Virus record (IMG/VR): IMGVR_UViG_3300043447_000340
Span: 1 to 46,505 of that record
Origin: a virus
Lineage: Duplodnaviria; Caudoviricetes
Reading direction: 5' to 3' (one strand)
DNA: 46,505 nt
Every line of letters starts with the position of its first letter. Position 1 is the stretch's first letter. The notes under the pieces are model-generated. The model was not told where the DNA came from. It saw only the letters and a list, made by a program, of their open reading frames with translations, and searched no databases. This document shows positions 17,136 to 26,275 of this stretch, one piece after another. The position numbers and the translations under genes are program-made.

Positions 17136-17489
17136 ATGTCCGTCATTACCATATATCCAGTTTTGGAAATTCTCAAAGAAGAGGATTCCAAAGCCGCAGT
17201 TGATCGCTTTCGCACTCGTGTCACAGTAGAACTACACCGACAAATTGTGACAGTAGAGTTTGTCAAAAAAGATGGCACACTACGCACTATGCGATCTACT
17301 TTAAATGTAAGTATTATTCCTGTCGAAGAACAAGAAAAAATTATGGAGAATTCAAAACAAGGAATTCAAAACAAGCCTCGCAAAGTAAATCCTGATGTTC
17401 GCTCTGTCTATGATGTAGAAGCAGGCGCTTGGAAATCATTCCGTTGGGATTCAGTAAAATCAGTAACTTATAATAGTGAGGTAATGTAA
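17136..17489 (+). CDS. WYL_2/DUF2693-like SH3-barrel protein
   Basis: FVKKDGTLRTMRSTL...VYDVEAGAWKSFRWD. Confidence 0.8.
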   Translation: MSVITIYPVLEILKEEDSKAAVDRFRTRVTVELHRQIVTVEFVKKDGTLRTMRSTLNVSIIPVEEQEKIMENSKQGIQNKPRKVNPDVRSVYDVEAGAWKSFRWDSVKSVTYNSEVM

Positions 17490-18832
17490 TGTCAGTTTAT
17501 TGGATCAACCGCTTGAACGAAAGCGACAGCCGACTTCACAAAGAAGCAGTCTTACAAGATGCGCTCAACATGGCCACTCTTGGCAACACTGATGCTGATA
17601 ACTTCTTGACCCTATCTAACTATGCCTACAATCCATTCATTACGTTTGGCTACAAGCAAGTAGAACCTACTGTTGGCATCACTGGTGCTGAAAACCCATG
17701 GTCAGACTTTGACACCTTACTATCTCGCTTGCGTGTTCGTGCCCTAAGTGGTCATGCCGCACGTGATGCTATTGAAGATATGTCGAAACGCTTTGACAGT
17801 GAGCAGTGGAACGGCCTATGTCGTGCTGTTATTCTCAAAGACCTACGTGCTGGTATCTCTGAGAAAACAATCAACAAGATTGTCAAAAAGACCAAGTACA
17901 CTATTCCCGTATTCGGTTGTCAACTTGCTACATCGTGTGAAGATCGTCCTGAAATGAAGGGCGAGAAGCGCCTCGAACCTAAGCTCGACGGCGTTCGTGC
18001 CCTGTTCGTTGTCAATATCGACGGCGCTGAAACTACTGTTGCTTGCTACAGTCGCAACGGCAAAGTGTTTGATAACTTCACTCATATTGAAGTTCAAATC
18101 GTCGACCAAGCAAAGCAGATTGCTACTCGCCTCGCTAAGCATATCGGCACTAACACAGCCAAAGGCTTTGTGCTTGATGGCGAAGTTATCGGCAAGTCAT
18201 TCAATGAATTGATGAAGCAGGCTCGTCGCAAGACTGATGTACAAGCTACTGACAGTGTGTTCTATGCTTTCGATGTGCTACCTCTCTCAGAGTTCCGTGA
18301 AGGTCATTGTAACGCACAACTATACAAGCGCATCAAGGCTCTTGAAGAATGCCGTCCTGTGTTTGACACTATGGACAATGTTGACTTGCTACCACACTTG
18401 ATGGTCGACTTAGACACTGCTGAAGGCCGTGACCAGTTCCGTCGTTATGCTAACGATCAAGTTGAGGCTGGCTTCGAAGGCATTATGATTAAAGAGTTGA
18501 ACGCTCCTTATGAATGTAAGCGTAACACTAGTTGGTTGAAGTGGAAGCCCGTTATTACTGTTGACTTGGAGGTCATCGATGTTGAAGAAGGCACTGGTCG
18601 AAATGAGGGACGCCTTGGAGCACTGGTGTGCCGTGGTGTTGATGACGGACGCACCATTAGCGTCAATGTTGGTAGTGGTTTTAGCGACCTTCAGCGAGAT
18701 AGCTTTTGGACTGACCGTAGTATCATTATTGGTCAGACAGTTGAAATCTTGGCTGATGTAGTTAGCAAGAATCAAGACGGCACGTATTCGCTCCGCTTCC
18801 CACGCTTTGTGAGATTCCGTGATGACAAATAA
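17489..18832 (+). CDS. lig: ATP-dependent DNA ligase
   Basis: EPKLDGVR (motif I), SRNGK, LDGEV, FDVL, EGIMIK, WLKWK, SLRFPRF. Confidence 0.95.
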   Translation: MSVYWINRLNESDSRLHKEAVLQDALNMATLGNTDADNFLTLSNYAYNPFITFGYKQVEPTVGITGAENPWSDFDTLLSRLRVRALSGHAARDAIEDMSKRFDSEQWNGLCRAVILKDLRAGISEKTINKIVKKTKYTIPVFGCQLATSCEDRPEMKGEKRLEPKLDGVRALFVVNIDGAETTVACYSRNGKVFDNFTHIEVQIVDQAKQIATRLAKHIGTNTAKGFVLDGEVIGKSFNELMKQARRKTDVQATDSVFYAFDVLPLSEFREGHCNAQLYKRIKALEECRPVFDTMDNVDLLPHLMVDLDTAEGRDQFRRYANDQVEAGFEGIMIKELNAPYECKRNTSWLKWKPVITVDLEVIDVEEGTGRNEGRLGALVCRGVDDGRTISVNVGSGFSDLQRDSFWTDRSIIIGQTVEILADVVSKNQDGTYSLRFPRFVRFRDDK

Positions 18833-19010
18833 ATTTGAAGAATTAGCGACACAAGCCGGGCTAAAATTAGATGATTTACCCGATGATGTTTTCGTCCCAT
18901 TAGAAAAGTTTGCCGAGTTGATTGTGCGTGAGTGCGCTATCATTGCTGATACTGCGGAACCATACAAGTCAAATGATTTGATTCTGAAACATTTCGGAGT
19001 TGAAGAATGA
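18822..19010 (+). CDS. Small phage protein (KFAELIVRECA...HFGVEE family)
   Basis: Motif shared with 19745-19984. Confidence 0.75.
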   Translation: MTNKFEELATQAGLKLDDLPDDVFVPLEKFAELIVRECAIIADTAEPYKSNDLILKHFGVEE

Positions 19011-19138
19011 AAATGTATAAACACAGCACGGGTCAGATATTGTTCTATCCTGAGCATATTCCACAAGGATGGGTGGTGTTCCTGGACCCAAGAACATTTG
19101 AATCAGTATGGCGTAGGATTCGGAGTTGAAGAATGAAA
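18993..19138 (+). repeat. 20-bp direct repeat flanking a mini-gene
   Basis: TTCGGAGTTGAAGAATGAAA at 18993-19012 and 19119-19138. Confidence 0.9.
19007..19129 (+). CDS. 40-aa hypothetical protein (not in ORF track)
   Basis: MKMYKHSTGQILFYPEHIPQGWVVFLDPRTFESVWRRIRS*; GGAG RBS and ATG supplied by the repeat. Confidence 0.55.
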   Translation: MKMYKHSTGQILFYPEHIPQGWVVFLDPRTFESVWRRIRS

Positions 19139-19567
19139 TTATACTTAGACACAGAATTCAACGGCTTCGGCGGCCAACTAATGTCCCTAGCATTAGTGCC
19201 GCACGATAAAGCATTGCCTGAATTCTATCGTGAACTTGAAATGCGCTCACAGTTACATCCGTGGGTCAAAGACAATGTAGTGCCACATATGACCGAGGTC
19301 GCCATAACTCGTGGTCAGTTTCAATCAGACTTAGCAGAGTATCTATGGTCATTCAGACAAGATGTTACAATCATTGCTGACTGGCCAGATGACATTCGTT
19401 ACTTTTGTGAATCGCTAATCACTGGCCCAGGCATGATGATATCGTTTGTCAACAACATTAAGTTTGAACTTGACTTTGGCATTCAATATGAGTCCGAGGT
19501 ACCACATAATGCCTTACACGATGCTCGTGGTATTCGTGAATACTTCTTAAACTTGGAAGCAAAATAA
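19133..19567 (+). CDS. DEDDh 3'-5' exonuclease (RNase AS-like)
   Basis: YLDTEF, DWPDD, HNALHDA. Confidence 0.8.
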   Translation: MKLYLDTEFNGFGGQLMSLALVPHDKALPEFYRELEMRSQLHPWVKDNVVPHMTEVAITRGQFQSDLAEYLWSFRQDVTIIADWPDDIRYFCESLITGPGMMISFVNNIKFELDFGIQYESEVPHNALHDARGIREYFLNLEAK

Positions 19568-19752
19568 TGTTTTATGTTATTGTATATGCGGTTGTTGTTC
19601 AAGGTGTTACACAAGTTATGATTGAGCCTACTGCCAGTTTAGAGCAGTGTAGAGCAGTTGCGGCTGTTATGGTCAAGCACAGTAACGAAACTTTCCCAGA
19701 CGCACGTTGCGCCGCACTATTTTTTGATAAAAGAGCAGGTGATTATGAATGA
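19567..19752 (+). CDS. Small hypothetical protein with hydrophobic N-terminus and two Cys
   Basis: TAATG overlap; SLEQC...ARC pattern like 22141-22347. Confidence 0.6.
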   Translation: MFYVIVYAVVVQGVTQVMIEPTASLEQCRAVAAVMVKHSNETFPDARCAALFFDKRAGDYE

Positions 19753-19984
19753 ACGATTAACAGAACTATACAGACAGTCAAGACCTAAAGAAGCCTTAGC
19801 ATCACAAGACGAATTCAAGTCTGCTAATGTCTTACTTGGTTCTGATGTTGACCGATTTGCTGAGTTGCTAATACTAGAGTGTGCTAGAATAGCAGATATT
19901 GAAACCCCTAACTCTGCTGGTTGTGGTTATATTACCAAAACTAAGGGTGATCGCATTAAAGAATATTTTGGAGTACAGAAATGA
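19745..19984 (+). CDS. Small phage protein (MNER...FAELLILECA...YFGV family)
   Basis: Paralog of 18822-19010; AGGT RBS. Confidence 0.7.
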   Translation: MNERLTELYRQSRPKEALASQDEFKSANVLLGSDVDRFAELLILECARIADIETPNSAGCGYITKTKGDRIKEYFGVQK

Positions 19985-20874
19985 CAAACATTACTAAAGA
20001 ACAAGAAGCAGAATTCAATGAACTTATTGACATTCTAAAATTTACACCTCGCACATACAAGATTCAAGTGTATGGTTACGGTGGCGACTCACGATTCCTA
20101 CGTGCTACTCGTGAACAATATCTATACTTCAAAGAGAATGATATTGACATAGAAGACTATGCTAGTTCTTGGGACAATGAGCATGAAGTGCCTGAAGAAT
20201 TTCAACCATTCCCTCCTGGTGAGCCTTATGACGGTGATGAAATCTTCTACGCAGGCGGTGCCAACTTTGATGACGGCGGATATGTTCAGATTACCGATGA
20301 ACAAGATCAGGTAGTACTTGAAACTACACTTGATTCACTCGATGACCATGAGATTGAATACGATGAAGATGAAGATTGGTATCCAGAGAACGGTCGACAG
20401 CCTGGTGAAGTATTAATCTGGCACGGCAACGGCGAGAAGGGCACATTCTATGGTGGCGAGATTGAATTGACCACGCCATTCAATCCAAAGAAGTTACGTT
20501 TTGAGTATACTGATTGTGATGGCGCCAGCTACTTGACTACTATTTACTATGATGGCGAAGAGATTGAAAACATTGACTACTCTACTACTGGTAAGTGGAC
20601 AGAAACTCGTTGGGTTGTGGTCGGTGGCGAAGATAAGATTGACACTACTGGCGCTTCACTCAAAGTTCGAGTAGAACACGCTAAGAAATCACCTTGGTTC
20701 CCTGTCAAGTCTAAGCCATGGGAAGCAGGATTGTATGAATGTAAGTTCAAACTGGACAAGAAAGCCGCTTGGCCTTGGTTAAGCGATGAATTAGTAGAAT
20801 GGGACGGCAAAAAATGGTTGACAGAAAAGAAAGTCAACGAATGGCGCGGTCTAGCACAGAAAATGGAAGAATAA
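19981..20874 (+). CDS. Acidic conserved phage hypothetical protein
   Basis: GYGG...EKGTF...Y.GEEI core with a Trp-rich C-terminal domain; ATGA overlap. Confidence 0.75.
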   Translation: MTNITKEQEAEFNELIDILKFTPRTYKIQVYGYGGDSRFLRATREQYLYFKENDIDIEDYASSWDNEHEVPEEFQPFPPGEPYDGDEIFYAGGANFDDGGYVQITDEQDQVVLETTLDSLDDHEIEYDEDEDWYPENGRQPGEVLIWHGNGEKGTFYGGEIELTTPFNPKKLRFEYTDCDGASYLTTIYYDGEEIENIDYSTTGKWTETRWVVVGGEDKIDTTGASLKVRVEHAKKSPWFPVKSKPWEAGLYECKFKLDKKAAWPWLSDELVEWDGKKWLTEKKVNEWRGLAQKMEE

Positions 20875-20875
20875 A

Positions 20876-21052
20876 ATGATTAGAGCTATACTAACATTTC
20901 TTATATTTACTGGCTTGATACATTTCTCCATTGTATCTTGGCGCTCATTAAGTGGTTTGGATAAATGGGCATTGACTAAAACACTGGGTTATAGTATAAT
21001 TATCTCAGCAATAGCACTCTCAGTTCTATTATCAATCGTAGTTCTTTTTTAA
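20876..21052 (+). CDS. 58-aa two-TM membrane protein preceding SPFH gene (not in ORF track)
   Basis: MIRAILTFLIF...SVLLSIVVLF*; fills the gap exactly; contains TTGACT-17-TATAAT at 20972-21000. Confidence 0.7.
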   Translation: MIRAILTFLIFTGLIHFSIVSWRSLSGLDKWALTKTLGYSIIISAIALSVLLSIVVLF

Positions 21053-21061
21053 GGAAATCAA

Positions 21062-21859
21062 ATGAAGCGTATTTTTACAATGTCTATCTTAGCCGCGGCA
21101 ATTCTTGCTACCGGCTGTACTCGTATCGAAACTGGTGAGGTTGGCGTTCGTGTTGGCTTCGATAAACAGGTTAAACCAGGTGAGTTACTACCAGGATCAT
21201 TCAATCAAGTTTTGGTGGGCGATGTACTGACCTTCCCTGTCAAGGACGTTAACGTTAAACTTGACGACATGACTCCTGTTGCTAAAGATAACTCTACCAT
21301 GAAAGACTTTGACGCAGTTGTTATCTATAACATCAATCAGGCACAAGTTGCTGAGTTGTATTCACAAAAGAGTCAAGCGTTCCATGCCCGTCACAATGGC
21401 GATATCTATCTAATGTACAACTACATTGTACAAACTGCCCGTAATGCTATCTATAAGGAAGCACGTAAGTATGAAGCACTTGATATGGCTGATAACCGTC
21501 AAGCTATGGAGCAAGCCATTAAAGAGCAGATTCAAAAATCATTAGCCGAAGAAAAGCTGGACGGTAGTCTCGTTGTTGGTCAAGTGTTGATTCGCAACGT
21601 AGTACCTGCTGATTCAGTCGTAGCTAGTGCTAACGAATTGGTTCGTGCTAAAAACGAGTTGAAGCAAAAAGAGGTCGAAGTTAAGACTGCTGAGGCAGAA
21701 GCCCGCCGTATGCAAGCTCTTGCTAATCAAGGTAGTCAGAGTATCGCCTATATGCAAGCCAAAGCTCAAGCCGATATTGCTGAAGGTATCAAGAACGGTC
21801 GTGTAAACGCTATTGTTGTCCCATACGACTTCAAGGGCTTTGTTAACGTAGGTAAGTAA
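21062..21859 (+). CDS. SPFH/Band 7 domain lipoprotein
   Basis: Lipobox LATGC, RIETGEVGV, coiled-coil AEAEA C-terminus. Confidence 0.85.
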   Translation: MKRIFTMSILAAAILATGCTRIETGEVGVRVGFDKQVKPGELLPGSFNQVLVGDVLTFPVKDVNVKLDDMTPVAKDNSTMKDFDAVVIYNINQAQVAELYSQKSQAFHARHNGDIYLMYNYIVQTARNAIYKEARKYEALDMADNRQAMEQAIKEQIQKSLAEEKLDGSLVVGQVLIRNVVPADSVVASANELVRAKNELKQKEVEVKTAEAEARRMQALANQGSQSIAYMQAKAQADIAEGIKNGRVNAIVVPYDFKGFVNVGK

Positions 21860-21860
21860 T

Positions 21861-22139
21861 ATGCGACAACGTGGCGTGACTCTTATCGAAATGCTAGTAG
21901 GTATTGTATTCGTCGCTGTTATCTTCTTAATAGCGGCTCCCATTATGTTCGGCGGTGCTCCCTCTAACGGCAACGTTACATGGGGCATCAACGGTACTAC
22001 CGAGAGTCGTTGTATCGAAGGTTACAGATTCGTACTGGATCAAAAGGGTAACGCTCGTCAAATATTAGATGAATTTGGCAAAGGCGTTAAGTGTGAGAAT
22101 CCTAATCTAGGTAAGCCAGGCGCTTTCGGAAAATATTGA
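21861..22139 (+). CDS. Small prepilin-type N-terminal methylation protein
   Basis: MRQRG|VTLIEML plus hydrophobic helix; Cys pair (CIEG...VKC). Confidence 0.75.
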   Translation: MRQRGVTLIEMLVGIVFVAVIFLIAAPIMFGGAPSNGNVTWGINGTTESRCIEGYRFVLDQKGNARQILDEFGKGVKCENPNLGKPGAFGKY

Positions 22140-22140
22140 T

Positions 22141-22347
22141 ATGATTTATATCTTAATGATTTGGACTGTAGTAGGTGCTGGTGCCTCCGCTCGGTCGCCC
22201 GATATCATCAAATATGATTGGCGGCCACTCGGTGAATTCCATCAAGACAATTGGGAACGCAAATATAATGCCAAAGAAATGTGCGAACGTGCCGCTCAAG
22301 AACTTGGGTTGAAAATTGAAAACTATAGATGTGTGAGGTCAAAATGA
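22141..22347 (+). CDS. Small hypothetical protein with hydrophobic N-terminus and two Cys
   Basis: MIYILMIW...CERAA...YRCV. Confidence 0.7.
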   Translation: MIYILMIWTVVGAGASARSPDIIKYDWRPLGEFHQDNWERKYNAKEMCERAAQELGLKIENYRCVRSK

Positions 22348-22826
22348 AGTGGTTCGGTCGTTCACCAGGTTACTGGCTATTCTGGACAGGTGCTATTTAC
22401 TTTATCATTAGTATGGCGCACTTGACATGGTTCAAAGATTCAGTTCCGCAAGGTGCTATTACGCTAACATGGCTTATATTATTATCGTTGCCATTAGTAA
22501 TACCACAATTACGTAGATATCTAAACATGGCACCATTATTTGAAAAGGGAGAACCTGTGAGTAAAGAAGATAAAGACACTAACGAAGGCGCAAAAGTGTT
22601 GAAGTTCCCTGAGCCGCCAAAGTTGAAGGCAGTAGAGCCAGAGTTAGATGTTAGTCGTGCTCCGTATTCTCTAGGCATCAACGATGCTGGTAATATTCAG
22701 TTCTCAATGAAGAACGATTATGGCACTACTACACTTACTATGACTGATGAAGGTGTTGTTGGCTTGATTGAAGACCTAGCACACTATATTCGTAAGACAC
22801 ATACCATAACTATCGAGGAGAAATAA
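22344..22826 (+). CDS. Hypothetical protein with two N-terminal TM helices
   Basis: GAGG RBS, ATGA overlap. Confidence 0.7.
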   Translation: MKWFGRSPGYWLFWTGAIYFIISMAHLTWFKDSVPQGAITLTWLILLSLPLVIPQLRRYLNMAPLFEKGEPVSKEDKDTNEGAKVLKFPEPPKLKAVEPELDVSRAPYSLGINDAGNIQFSMKNDYGTTTLTMTDEGVVGLIEDLAHYIRKTHTITIEEK

Positions 22827-22827
22827 A

Positions 22828-23376
22828 ATGGTAACCTTAGTAAAACATGAATGGCATCAAGTAGATTGTCAATATGCGATTGAAATTGATGAAGATATCT
22901 TAGCAGAAATTTATCCTGACTTAGATGAAGATGAAATCGCTCAGAAGTTACAAGAACTTGCTGACGGTGAAATCGACGTTGAGGACATTGTAAACGATGC
23001 TTATGAAAACGATGTTGATTTAGACTGGGAACACCAGTATGACGACAACTGGACAATGCGCAAGGGCGGATACGATGTTACGTATGAACTAGGTGATGAT
23101 GGTAGCTGGCATAGTGAACCAGAATCACTACCAACAAACCGGTGTACTAAATGTCGTTGGGAGGGCAAGTCATGGGAATCACGCACTATCTATGTCAACG
23201 AAGCAGGTGAAGTATTGCCTGACGATTGTGAAACATGGCACGATACTAAAGACGGTTGCCCTATGTGTGATAGTGACTTAGCATTGACTGAGCACGGCAA
23301 GGTCGAACAAGAGGAACGTGCTAGACGTATGGCTGAAATTGACGCTATGTTCCCGGATGAAGGCGAAGATAAGTAA
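22828..23376 (+). CDS. Acidic protein with zinc-ribbon (CxxC...CxxC)
   Basis: CTKC, CPMC; GAGGAG RBS. Confidence 0.75.
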   Translation: MVTLVKHEWHQVDCQYAIEIDEDILAEIYPDLDEDEIAQKLQELADGEIDVEDIVNDAYENDVDLDWEHQYDDNWTMRKGGYDVTYELGDDGSWHSEPESLPTNRCTKCRWEGKSWESRTIYVNEAGEVLPDDCETWHDTKDGCPMCDSDLALTEHGKVEQEERARRMAEIDAMFPDEGEDK

Positions 23377-23399
23377 TATAAATATCTTAGGAGAGTCAT

Positions 23400-23618
23400 G
23401 TGAGTGAAGAGAACTTAGAAGAAATCGCTGGTATGCCGGATGGTGATAGCCCATATTATAAAGAATTTGTTCAAGTTGGTAGCATTACTGGGCAGAAATA
23501 TCACTTCAAATTTGAAACAGAACAACAATATTTACTATGGTTAGAATCTGAAAGAGATATTAAAAATGCCTTGAATAGATTACTTAAACAACGGGCGTCC
23601 AGAAATGAAAATAAGTGA
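23400..23618 (+). CDS. Hypothetical protein (late-type promoter)
   Basis: TATAAATA at 23377, AGGAG RBS, GTG start. Confidence 0.65.
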   Translation: MSEENLEEIAGMPDGDSPYYKEFVQVGSITGQKYHFKFETEQQYLLWLESERDIKNALNRLLKQRASRNENK

Positions 23619-23850
23619 TCTTATTGAATCTGAGGGAACTCGAAATGAGTTTGAAACATTCGTATATCTACTATTGTTAGAAATTAGAGAATCCATAAAA
23701 TTTAAAACCTTCGAACAACAGAAAGAACAATTTATAGCAGACATAAGATCGGCTGAATTGTATCGAACACGTTCGATGTTGATAGACGATGATGTTAAGC
23801 AAGCCAATAAATGGTTAAATACCTCAAAAAGACATCTAGGAATAAAATGA
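23605..23850 (+). CDS. Hypothetical protein with MKISDLIE N-terminus
   Basis: N-terminus resembles those of 43311 and 43876. Confidence 0.6.
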   Translation: MKISDLIESEGTRNEFETFVYLLLLEIRESIKFKTFEQQKEQFIADIRSAELYRTRSMLIDDDVKQANKWLNTSKRHLGIK

Positions 23851-24044
23851 CGAGTGAATTTGAACAATTTGTAGGCAAAAAATTCACATTTGATGATGGC
23901 GCCACTATGACTATCATTCAAGTAAAGCGCCGCGATGACGGCAACTGGGTAACTTGGGAAGCACAATTCCCAGGTCATCAACCAAAACGTATAACACAAA
24001 CAGAACGAGAGTTCTTAGAAAACTATTCACACTTATTCGTATGA
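23847..24044 (+). CDS. Hypothetical protein
   Basis: AGGA RBS, ATGA overlaps at both ends. Confidence 0.7.
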   Translation: MTSEFEQFVGKKFTFDDGATMTIIQVKRRDDGNWVTWEAQFPGHQPKRITQTEREFLENYSHLFV

Positions 24045-24505
24045 CAAAGGAAGTATTCTATCGTAAAGTAGGCAGACGCTATGTGCCAGTTCGTGAGTAC
24101 GATAGCAACTTTGTTGATTCTATGTCAAAGGGCACACACTTAGTAATGTGCTACCCTGGTGGCAAGTCAATCAGGTACAATATCGACCCTGATTATGCCG
24201 CCATGATCGCCGCTGGTCGTGCCGCAGAAGATGCTATCTCTAGGGCTATTATGAGGGCACAAGAAATGCGTCCACGACATGGCGATGCGTTGACAGAAGA
24301 ACAACATCTAGCATGGGAACGCTTTGTTGATGTTATGGGTGAACGCGGCAAATACATCGAAATGCCATCAGCACGAGAAGCCGCAGAAGCTGGTGTTAAT
24401 GCTATGATAGATGAAGCAAAATCTCTACTGGACAGCAATCCTAGCGTGTTGGAAGCATATGAAAATCTAATAACTCTTATAGCTTTGTCCAAAAAAGTTG
24501 ATTAG
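24041..24505 (+). CDS. Conserved phage hypothetical protein
   Basis: FYRKVGRRYVPVREYD...HLVMCYPGG...YAAMIAAGR; ATGA overlap. Confidence 0.75.
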   Translation: MTKEVFYRKVGRRYVPVREYDSNFVDSMSKGTHLVMCYPGGKSIRYNIDPDYAAMIAAGRAAEDAISRAIMRAQEMRPRHGDALTEEQHLAWERFVDVMGERGKYIEMPSAREAAEAGVNAMIDEAKSLLDSNPSVLEAYENLITLIALSKKVD

Positions 24506-24555
24506 TGTTATCTCGTGTGTTAGAATACGAGATAAAACCTGATAAATATTATTCT

Positions 24556-26181
24556 ATGTTCAAATTTTTAACTCGCTATTCAACATATACACTGCTGGTG
24601 GCGCTACTCATTAGTGCTATCAGTGCTTACTACTCTATTGTAGGCTTGACTGCTATCTTTGCGGCTGCCGTCGTTCCTATCATTATCATGGGCGCCGCAC
24701 TTGAACTAGGTAAACTAGTTGCGGCAGTATGGCTCAAGTTGAATTGGAGTCGTTCACCACTTACCTACAAACTATATCTCGTACCAGCAGTTGCTTTCTT
24801 AATGGCACTGACTAGTATGGGTATTTTTGGCTTCCTATCTAAAGCACACTCTGATCAATCACTAGTCAGTGGTGACAGTATGGCTAAAGTTGCTATCTAT
24901 GACGAGAAAATCAAAATCGCCAAAGATAACATTGAGGCAAATCGTAAAGCACTCAAGCAAATGGACGAAGCTGTTGACCAAGTTATGGGTCGCAGTAATG
25001 ATGAAAAGGGTGCTGATAAAGCTGTAGCCATTCGTCGTGGTCAAGGCAAAGAACGTGCCAGACTACTACAAGAGATTCAAGTAGAACAAACAAAAATTAC
25101 TAAACTTAACGAAGAGGCCGCGCCACTACGTGCTGAGTTCCGCAAAGTAGAAGCAGAGGTTGGTCCAATTAAGTATATTGCCGCACTAGTCTATGGTGAT
25201 ACTGCTGATGAAGGTGTGCTTGAAAAGGCAGTTAGATTCGTTATCATTATGATTGTGGCTGTATTTGACCCGCTTGCGCTAGTATTGATTCTTGCCGCAC
25301 AACAAAGTATGCGTTGGGAAAAGGAAGACGAACTAGCAGAAGAACAAAAGGAGATAGAAGATGTCAAAAACTTCTTCAACAAGGCCCGTGAAACCGCTCA
25401 ACAACTTGACAGAGAAGCAGCCGAACAAGCCGCAGAATCCGCTGAAGGAACTGAGACAGATACCAACAGCGAGACTAGCGATGCTAATAAAGAGGATGAT
25501 AAAGTAGAAGAATCTATCTTAGCTAAGCATCCGTATCTGTTGTGGCCATTCAGTCACTTCAAAGATACTAAGCCTATGGTTTATAAAGCCAGTGATGAAG
25601 TAACTTGGCCTAAAGTTGAAGAACAGGTCGATACCGTCAAAGCACCACCATTTGTAGAAGATACAACCGAAGTCGAAGTCATCAAGGCACCTGAATTTGT
25701 AGAGCCTACTGTTGATAGTATTATCACTGCTGATGACACTACTCATTCAACTACCGATGATATCGAAATTGAAACTTCTAATGTCACAGTTGAGAAGAAA
25801 CTGTATGATCCAACTTCTACTGGATATGTTGATTATGAGGGCAAACTAACAAGCATGGATGCGCTACGTGTTATGCGTCCTGACTTGATGTTGCCACTAG
25901 ACGGCAAAGTTCAAAACAAGTTCAACTATGGCAGTGACTTCCCACGTGAAGCTCTAACAGGCGACTTGTATATGCGAGTAGATGCTAGACCACACCGCTT
26001 ATTCAAGTTCAATGGCTTAGAGTGGATTCACGTTGACAAGCATATGAATGGTTCTTACTTGTACAGTGACGACTACTTACAGTTGTTGGTAGACAAGTTG
26101 GCAAATGACGAATACTTGCCGGAAATGCTAACGGATGACGAGGATGACGCTATCCGAGAGTATTTGGAAAACAAAGCCTAA
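24556..26181 (+). CDS. Multi-TM coiled-coil membrane protein with acidic C-terminus
   Basis: SAYYSIVGL, LELGKLV, TSMGIFGFLSKAH, EAEVGPIKY, VFDPLA; late motif at 24541. Confidence 0.8.
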   Translation: MFKFLTRYSTYTLLVALLISAISAYYSIVGLTAIFAAAVVPIIIMGAALELGKLVAAVWLKLNWSRSPLTYKLYLVPAVAFLMALTSMGIFGFLSKAHSDQSLVSGDSMAKVAIYDEKIKIAKDNIEANRKALKQMDEAVDQVMGRSNDEKGADKAVAIRRGQGKERARLLQEIQVEQTKITKLNEEAAPLRAEFRKVEAEVGPIKYIAALVYGDTADEGVLEKAVRFVIIMIVAVFDPLALVLILAAQQSMRWEKEDELAEEQKEIEDVKNFFNKARETAQQLDREAAEQAAESAEGTETDTNSETSDANKEDDKVEESILAKHPYLLWPFSHFKDTKPMVYKASDEVTWPKVEEQVDTVKAPPFVEDTTEVEVIKAPEFVEPTVDSIITADDTTHSTTDDIEIETSNVTVEKKLYDPTSTGYVDYEGKLTSMDALRVMRPDLMLPLDGKVQNKFNYGSDFPREALTGDLYMRVDARPHRLFKFNGLEWIHVDKHMNGSYLYSDDYLQLLVDKLANDEYLPEMLTDDEDDAIREYLENKA

Positions 26182-26182
26182 C

Positions 26183-26240
26183 AAAAATGGAACTAATAGT
26201 TCCATTTTTTATTGACTGATACCTCCCATCCTGCTACAAT
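26183..26240 (+). promoter_or_regulatory. Terminator followed by early promoter
   Basis: AAAAATGGAACT-AAT-AGTTCCATTTTT; TTGACT-17bp-TACAAT-ACTTGTAT (26212-26240). Confidence 0.85.
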
Positions 26241-26275
26241 ACTTGTATCGTAACTCAAATTGTAAGGACAATTCC

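Noticed and set aside
25636-25705. Short internal duplication (VKAPPFVE / IKAPEFVE)
   Set aside because: Two degenerate copies in a low-complexity linker; no sign of a repeat system or a DGR template/variable pair, and no reverse transcriptase in the window.
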